IMG/VR virus record: IMGVR_UViG_2740892214_000006
Origin: a virus
Taxonomy: Duplodnaviria; Heunggongvirae; Uroviricota; Caudoviricetes
Direction: 5' to 3' (one strand)
DNA length: 20,655 nucleotides
Positions 16,431-20,655 of this stretch are shown here, piece by piece. Each line of letters opens with the position of its first letter. Position 1 is the stretch's first letter. Position numbers and translations under genes: made by a program. The notes beneath the pieces were generated by a model that saw nothing but the letters and a program-made list of their open reading frames with translations, had not been told where the DNA came from and ran no database searches.

Positions 16431-16782
16431 CCCGCATGTATTCACCTGATATTGCGTTGTCAGCGCCGCCAGTATCGCGCATAACAGCGCACTGACCGGG
16501 TAAACCGTAGCGCACGACCGTTGCGTTAGTATCACCGCCGCGCCGTATCTGGCGCGATTCATACACTGTCACCCGCTCAAGCAGTCCACCAGCAACCATG
16601 CTTTCCAGTGTGCGCCGGGTTGATTCGAGCTGGTGACGCTTATCGAACGACACCATGCCATGAAGCAGGTAGGCCACACCCGACACATCGAACGGCGGCG
16701 CACCAATCTCACCAGTCACCCATTCGAGGTTATCCGGTTCAAAGTAGCTAAGTATCTCTTTTTTGCGACTGGTCATTCTCAT
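16420..16782 (-). CDS. hypothetical protein (120 aa)
   Basis: Protein-like ORF convergent with the PRiA4_ORF3-like gene (3' ends overlap by 11 nt); AAGGA about 10 nt upstream of ATG 16782. Confidence 0.6.
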   Translation of the reverse strand: MRMTSRKKEILSYFEPDNLEWVTGEIGAPPFDVSGVAYLLHGMVSFDKRHQLESTRRTLESMVAGGLLERVTVYESRQIRRGGDTNATVVRYGLPGQCAVMRDTGGADNAISGEYMRVSK

Positions 16783-17013
16783 GGCTGGCTGATTCCTTAT
16801 TGTGGGATAGCACTATCATACAATAAGTGGGTTAAAGGGAGAGCGTTACCGCCTGATATGCTGTATGAATAACAACCAAATTTCAGGGGCGGAAAAAGAT
16901 ATGGGGGTACTTTTGGGGGTATCTATAAAAAATGAACAATAAAAAAGGCAACAAAAACAAAGATTATCGCCTATGTGTATTGTTCCTATTATCGCACCAT
17001 TTAAATCAATAAG
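16783..17013. other. attP-like region with core resembling a tRNA-Thr 3' end
   Basis: AT-rich 230-bp non-coding region just 3' of int. 16983-16999 TTCCTATTATCGCACCA resembles the 3' end of thrW as recalled (CTCCTATTATCGGCACCA) with a 1-nt gap. No 5' tRNA portion upstream. Confidence 0.45.
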
Positions 17014-18177
17014 TTACACATCATTAGTACCTTCCTTATTTTTTGACTGGGACAAATTTGGGACCGATGGGTTCAGGATCGAGTCTATTTGCCGTGCGTG
17101 TTCGGTAAGGTGATTAGGTGCAAGGTGAGCATATCGACGAACCATTTCGATAGACTCCCAGCCTCCCATTTCCTGTAACACTGACAACGGGACTCCGGCT
17201 TGAACCAGCCAACTTGCCCAGGTGTGTCTCAAGTCGTGAAATCTGAAATCATCAATACCAGCCCGTCTCAGCGCCGCTTTCCAGGCTGTGTTTGCGTCAT
17301 ACCGCATCTTCCTTACTGTTGGCGCTTTCGTTCCGTCTGGTTTGGTACAGCTTTCCTTGTACACAAATACCCAACGGTGATGATTCCCGATTTGTTTTTT
17401 CAATACGCGACATGCAGTATCATTCAGCGCAACGCCAATTGCGCGGTTTGATTTACTCTCTTCCGGGTTTATCCATGCCACCCGGCGCTGCATATCTATT
17501 TGTTGCCATTCAAGGTTGATGATGTTCGAGCGTCTTAAGCCTGTTGCCAGTGCAAATTCAACAACAGACTTTAATGGCTCCGGACATTCATCAATCAGCC
17601 TTTGTGCTTCATGGGGCTCCAGCCAGCGGATCCGTTTATTCTTTGGTTGAGGCACTTTAATAATTGGTGCCTTATCCAGCATTTTCCATTCACGCTCTGC
17701 GGCTCTTAGTAGGGCCTTTATAAATGAAAGATGCGTAGCCTTCGTTGCAACGGACGCCGGTTTTGGCGTGTATTCTGGAACAGGTTTCCCTTTTTTTCTG
17801 CATGCTTCTGCCCTGAGTTTCCAGTTTTCCTCATGACGCCGGTTCGTCATTTTCTGCATTGCTGAATAAATTTTTGATTCAGTAATGTCTCTTAGTTGCA
17901 TTCCTGCGAAATGTTGAAGCCAGAATCCGATCCGGCTTTTGTCATCGTCCAGTGATTTTTTATGTGCTTTCTCTTCAAGCCACCTGACACACGCTTCCTC
18001 GAACGTTATATCAGGTATTTCACCAAGTTTGCTGACCCGCCATGCTTCAGCCTTTAGCTTGTCATGGAGTTCTGTCGCCTGCCTTTTGTCCTTTGTTCCA
18101 AGAGACTGTTTAAATCTTTTACCGTTCGGCAATGTGAAACTGGCGTACCATATTTCACCTCTGCGGAAGAGTGACAT
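17014..18177 (-). CDS. int: tyrosine integrase, P22-type
   Basis: 387 aa; N-terminus [28 protein letters not shown] matches my recollection of P22 Int; catalytic motifs [10 protein letters not shown] and RRYAHL; strong SD GAGGAAAG upstream. Confidence 0.95.
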   Translation of the reverse strand: MSLFRRGEIWYASFTLPNGKRFKQSLGTKDKRQATELHDKLKAEAWRVSKLGEIPDITFEEACVRWLEEKAHKKSLDDDKSRIGFWLQHFAGMQLRDITESKIYSAMQKMTNRRHEENWKLRAEACRKKGKPVPEYTPKPASVATKATHLSFIKALLRAAEREWKMLDKAPIIKVPQPKNKRIRWLEPHEAQRLIDECPEPLKSVVEFALATGLRRSNIINLEWQQIDMQRRVAWINPEESKSNRAIGVALNDTACRVLKKQIGNHHRWVFVYKESCTKPDGTKAPTVRKMRYDANTAWKAALRRAGIDDFRFHDLRHTWASWLVQAGVPLSVLQEMGGWESIEMVRRYAHLAPNHLTEHARQIDSILNPSVPNLSQSKNKEGTNDV

Positions 18178-18404
18178 TTTCTTTCCTCTGTTATGCCATC
18201 ACCCGCGCTCACCTGGACAGTATGCAGCGGAGACTGAAGAGCCGCAATGCAGGCTTGTCGTGTTGTGAGGTAAGGAGATTTATTCTTAGTGGGATCTTTG
18301 CGTGTTGCCTGAAGACGCCCTGTGCGTATCCAGTTAATGGCAGTCGGTCTGGATATCTTGAGAAAATGACAGGCCTCATCGAGTGTGAGGCTGTATGGCT
18401 CCAT
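18054..18404 (-). CDS. xis: excisionase, P22-type
   Basis: 116 aa from ATG 18404 (the ORF-track start 18488 is upstream); SD GAGGTGA before ATG; [33 protein letters not shown] is excisionase-like; 3' end overlaps the int start by 124 nt. Confidence 0.85.
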   Translation of the reverse strand: MEPYSLTLDEACHFLKISRPTAINWIRTGRLQATRKDPTKNKSPYLTTRQACIAALQSPLHTVQVSAGDGITEERKCHSSAEVKYGTPVSHCRTVKDLNSLLEQRTKGRRQNSMTS

Positions 18405-18709
18405 TATTTCACCTCTTGTTGTGACATTGTTGAAAAATGGATACCAGCTCGTTGCTGCCAGACGATCCAACCGAGAGTCATATCCCATGCCATGTATTCG
18501 TTATCGCCGTTTTTTGCTCTCCGACGATCTACTAAGTCACCGAAACGCTTTTCCATGAATAATTCATAAGCTTCGCGTTCATCTGGTTCTACTTCCAGAG
18601 ATAGGAGTGCGATTTCATAAGCACGGCGCTCAATATCGTCTCGCACGTCAAGGCTGCTGATACGCTCTTTAATTTCTTTAATCAGTTCTTTGTCGGTAAA
18701 AGTGGTCAT
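18404..18709 (-). CDS. hypothetical early-left-operon protein (101 aa)
   Basis: Acidic protein-like ORF; start overlaps upstream stop (TAATG) and stop overlaps the xis start. Confidence 0.6.
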   Translation of the reverse strand: MTTFTDKELIKEIKERISSLDVRDDIERRAYEIALLSLEVEPDEREAYELFMEKRFGDLVDRRRAKNGDNEYMAWDMTLGWIVWQQRAGIHFSTMSQQEVK

Positions 18710-19065
18710 TATGCTCCAGCCTCCGGTGCTTTTGGCATTACTGCCCAGTGAGTGATATTGACGTTTTCAAGATCCCCGACCTGAAATGTCCACTGCCATT
18801 CTCCGGTTTCTTTTTGTCCCCAGGTGTACCAGAGAGAACGCCAGCCAATTAGCCAGCCTTCTCCGTTAGCATCGAATAACAAAACACTTTCATTTGCTGG
18901 TGGCAGTTCAGTTGACACTGGTATTACTTTGTTTTCCTGTGCTGCACATTTAGCTTCAAGCGCATCGAATTTACGCACCAGGTATTCAGCATCTGTTTCA
19001 TTCACTTTCAGATCTCGCGGTACACATCTCCCACGAAGAAACCCTTCCATTTCGAAAACATTCAT
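18709..19065 (-). CDS. hypothetical phage protein, Trp-rich (DUF551-like?)
   Basis: Likely start is ATG 19065, overlapping the HD gene stop (ATGA); ORF-track start is 19071. Trp-rich segment GWLIGWRSLWYTWGQKETGEWQW...ITHWAVMP. Confidence 0.65.
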   Translation of the reverse strand: MNVFEMEGFLRGRCVPRDLKVNETDAEYLVRKFDALEAKCAAQENKVIPVSTELPPANESVLLFDANGEGWLIGWRSLWYTWGQKETGEWQWTFQVGDLENVNITHWAVMPKAPEAGA

Positions 19066-19598
19066 GCGCATTTGCGTAACTCCGATAACTCGTTAAAACG
19101 TTCCATAAACATCCCGTAGGCATGGCCCGGTGCCTGTGGAATCACTTTGAACATCTCTGTTGCCGGGATACCTTCCAGTACAGGCCAGAAAGAGCCATCA
19201 TCAAGCCCGAGATCGCGGCGTTCGGTTGCCAGCATAATGAGATCGGCATATTTCACTGGCGTGCTCATAACAGGAGGTAACCCGTATTTCTCACGGATTA
19301 CGGCGTCTATTTTTTCTTCCATCCGTTTATAGTCAGGAAGAAGTCGTTTCAGTGGTGCGGGGATGTCCTGGCAATATGCTTCTGTTGCATCATGCATTAA
19401 AGCTTCAAAAGCAAATTCCTGTGGCACCAGCTGGCTGCAAAGCACCGCATGTTGGGCGACACTGTAGAAGTGTGAAAGATGTCCTGCAAAGCGACAGATA
19501 TTTGAAAGGGAAACCGCGATATCGTTAATAACGATGTCGTCTTTATTTATCCTGTCATAATAAAAATGCTTCCCGGAAAAAGTTTTAATAAATGACAT
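19062..19598 (-). CDS. HD-domain phosphohydrolase (YfbR-like 5'-deoxynucleotidase family)
   Basis: Start ATG 19598 with SD GGAG upstream (ORF-track ATG 19625 lacks one). Motifs H...H (FAGHLSHFYSVAQHAV), HD (ALMHDATEAY) and DIPAPLK resemble YfbR. Confidence 0.85.
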   Translation of the reverse strand: MSFIKTFSGKHFYYDRINKDDIVINDIAVSLSNICRFAGHLSHFYSVAQHAVLCSQLVPQEFAFEALMHDATEAYCQDIPAPLKRLLPDYKRMEEKIDAVIREKYGLPPVMSTPVKYADLIMLATERRDLGLDDGSFWPVLEGIPATEMFKVIPQAPGHAYGMFMERFNELSELRKCA

Positions 19599-19639
19599 TT
19601 TGTTCTCCACGTATATGCGCTGCACCGCGCTGAATTCGG

Positions 19640-20140
19640 GTAAAAGGAAGCCCTCACCGTCCGGCGATTATTGAGTCAATTACATTTCCATAAATGCCCC
19701 CGTAGGGGCGGTTAGTTTCTCCACAAAACAGAGAAGAACACCTGCGGTGGCAGCCGCCCGGATGGATTGGGTTATGAGCCCGTCGTCCGGTGATGCTCTT
19801 CTCTGTTTTGTAAAAAGGACGGTACCAGCCGGAAGCAAGGGTACAAGCTGGTACCGCCAAGACTACACACAGCATAAAGTTGTGGTGCCGGGTGCCTCCC
19901 GGTGCCTGGCGAAGGTTGCACACCAGGCGGGTGGGTATCCACAGAAGGTCGACTGTCAGCCTCAACCTTAACCCGCGTGCGCTGAGCCGCATTCACCACA
20001 ACGCTAAGGATTCTCTCTGGTTGAAAATACTTAGCTGTTATGTGCCTGCTTTTAGCCACATCAGGCGAGGTGGACCTAGTTATTCCCCAACAACAAGGAT
20101 TCGGTTAATCTGGTTATCCCCAACAACGTAAAAGGAAAAG
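19640..20140. other. GC-rich structured non-coding region (candidate ncRNA or recombination/regulatory site)
   Basis: About 500 bp with only overlapping Arg/Pro-rich ORFs on both strands. 14-bp inverted repeat CAAAACAGAGAAGA / TCTTCTCTGTTTTG (19724-19737, 19797-19810) encloses 59 nt with nested hairpins; 9-bp stem GGTACCAGC / GCTGGTACC (19821-19855); more GC hairpins to about 19950. Confidence 0.3.
20080..20127. promoter_or_regulatory. tandem repeats TTAT(T)CCCCAACAAC upstream of a low-GC gene
   Basis: Copies at 20080-20094 and 20114-20127, 16-50 nt upstream of ATG 20143; candidate operator or promoter element. Confidence 0.35.
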
Positions 20141-20142
20141 AA

Positions 20143-20577
20143 ATGTCCGGTAATATCTATACGCTGTACAAATCCCACTGTGAAAATGTTGGAAAGTATC
20201 GGGGCATTGAAATCAGTGGGGTAGTGTCATCAGTCGAAATAAGCAAAGTTGAATCAAGGGCAACATTACTTACTCTTTTGGACCTTGTCTTACATGAGCA
20301 CCGGAAGAAATTCGGCACTCCCTATAATCAGTTGAATGGGAAAAAGGCTCTGGTTCACCTTATTCTGATGAAGCATCACTGGATGCCAAAACAGATTAAT
20401 GAGATGAAATTTGATGAACTTCTTCTTTCAATTCAGGATGAACTCACACTTGATAAAATAAGCGTAACCGCCCAGAAATTTTTAGATTATCGAGACTGGA
20501 GATCACAAATTCATCACTTTGATGATTTTGACGAAAATGAATGGGATCCTAATTTGTCTGCACAATATCTAAAGTAA
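20143..20577 (+). CDS. hypothetical protein (144 aa), low-GC moron
   Basis: AAGGA upstream of ATG 20143; coding sequence is AT-rich next to a GC-rich upstream region; no family recognised. Confidence 0.65.
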   Translation: MSGNIYTLYKSHCENVGKYRGIEISGVVSSVEISKVESRATLLTLLDLVLHEHRKKFGTPYNQLNGKKALVHLILMKHHWMPKQINEMKFDELLLSIQDELTLDKISVTAQKFLDYRDWRSQIHHFDDFDENEWDPNLSAQYLK

Positions 20578-20655
20578 CATCCTGGGCACTGTTGCAAAGT
20601 TAGCGATGAGGCAGCCTTTTGTCTTATTCAAAGGCCTTACATTTCAAAAACTCTG

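Noticed and set aside
16000-16872. ORFs 16000-16362 (+), 16308-16562 (-) and 16633-16872 (+)
   Set aside because: Alternative frames overlapping the PRiA4_ORF3-like and 16420-16782 genes, with Arg/Ser-rich composition and no SD.
16783-17013. Complete tRNA gene at the integration site
   Set aside because: Only a 3'-end-like core is present; the upstream sequence is AT-rich with no acceptor, D or anticodon arms.
19724-19810. Retron msr/msd ncRNA (inverted repeats as a1/a2)
   Set aside because: The inverted repeats enclose only 59 nt, too short for msr plus msd, and no reverse transcriptase gene is adjacent.
19654-20131. Four overlapping 74-112-aa ORFs on both strands in the GC-rich region
   Set aside because: Mutually exclusive frames, Arg/Pro/Gly-rich translations and no RBS; consistent with open frames arising by chance in GC-rich non-coding or structured-RNA sequence.

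Overview
This window reads as a mosaic temperate-phage segment in attP (non-integrated) configuration, with no capsid, portal, terminase, tail or lysis genes visible. All family assignments are from recalled motifs, not database searches, and no search or fold was run.

Left third (+ strand): an early operon of an antirepressor-like protein and about ten short, translationally coupled hypothetical genes, ending in a P4-alpha-type primase-helicase (zinc ribbon, TOPRIM, SF3 Walker A/B). Two clusters of GGTACAGG/CCTGTACC iterons follow and bracket two unknown genes, then a rho-independent terminator.

Middle (+ strand): a small ribbon-helix-helix (RHH) gene leads four coupled genes (153, 225, 432, 705 aa). 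Their order, sizes and Gly/Ala/Gln/Asn-rich composition resemble the P22-type gp14 / gp7 / gp20 / gp16 internal (ejection) protein block; this is a moderate-confidence call.

Next (mostly - strand): a low-GC moron-like region where P22-type phages carry sieA/immI. It holds a 4-TM membrane protein, a tail-anchored small protein and an RHH-domain repressor-like protein, with a thrice-repeated GACAAGTACGCGCGCG motif and several palindromes. A PerC-family-like regulator, a PRiA4_ORF3-like protein and an unknown convergent gene follow.

Right: an attP-like AT-rich region whose core resembles a tRNA-Thr 3' end, then a P22-type tyrosine integrase and overlapping excisionase, early-left genes including a YfbR-like HD phosphohydrolase, a ~0.5 kb GC-rich structured non-coding region, and a low-GC gene.

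No rRNA, complete tRNA or CRISPR array was seen. The best candidates for an undescribed system are the low-GC module at 13215-14850 and the RHH-led operon at 8485-13195.
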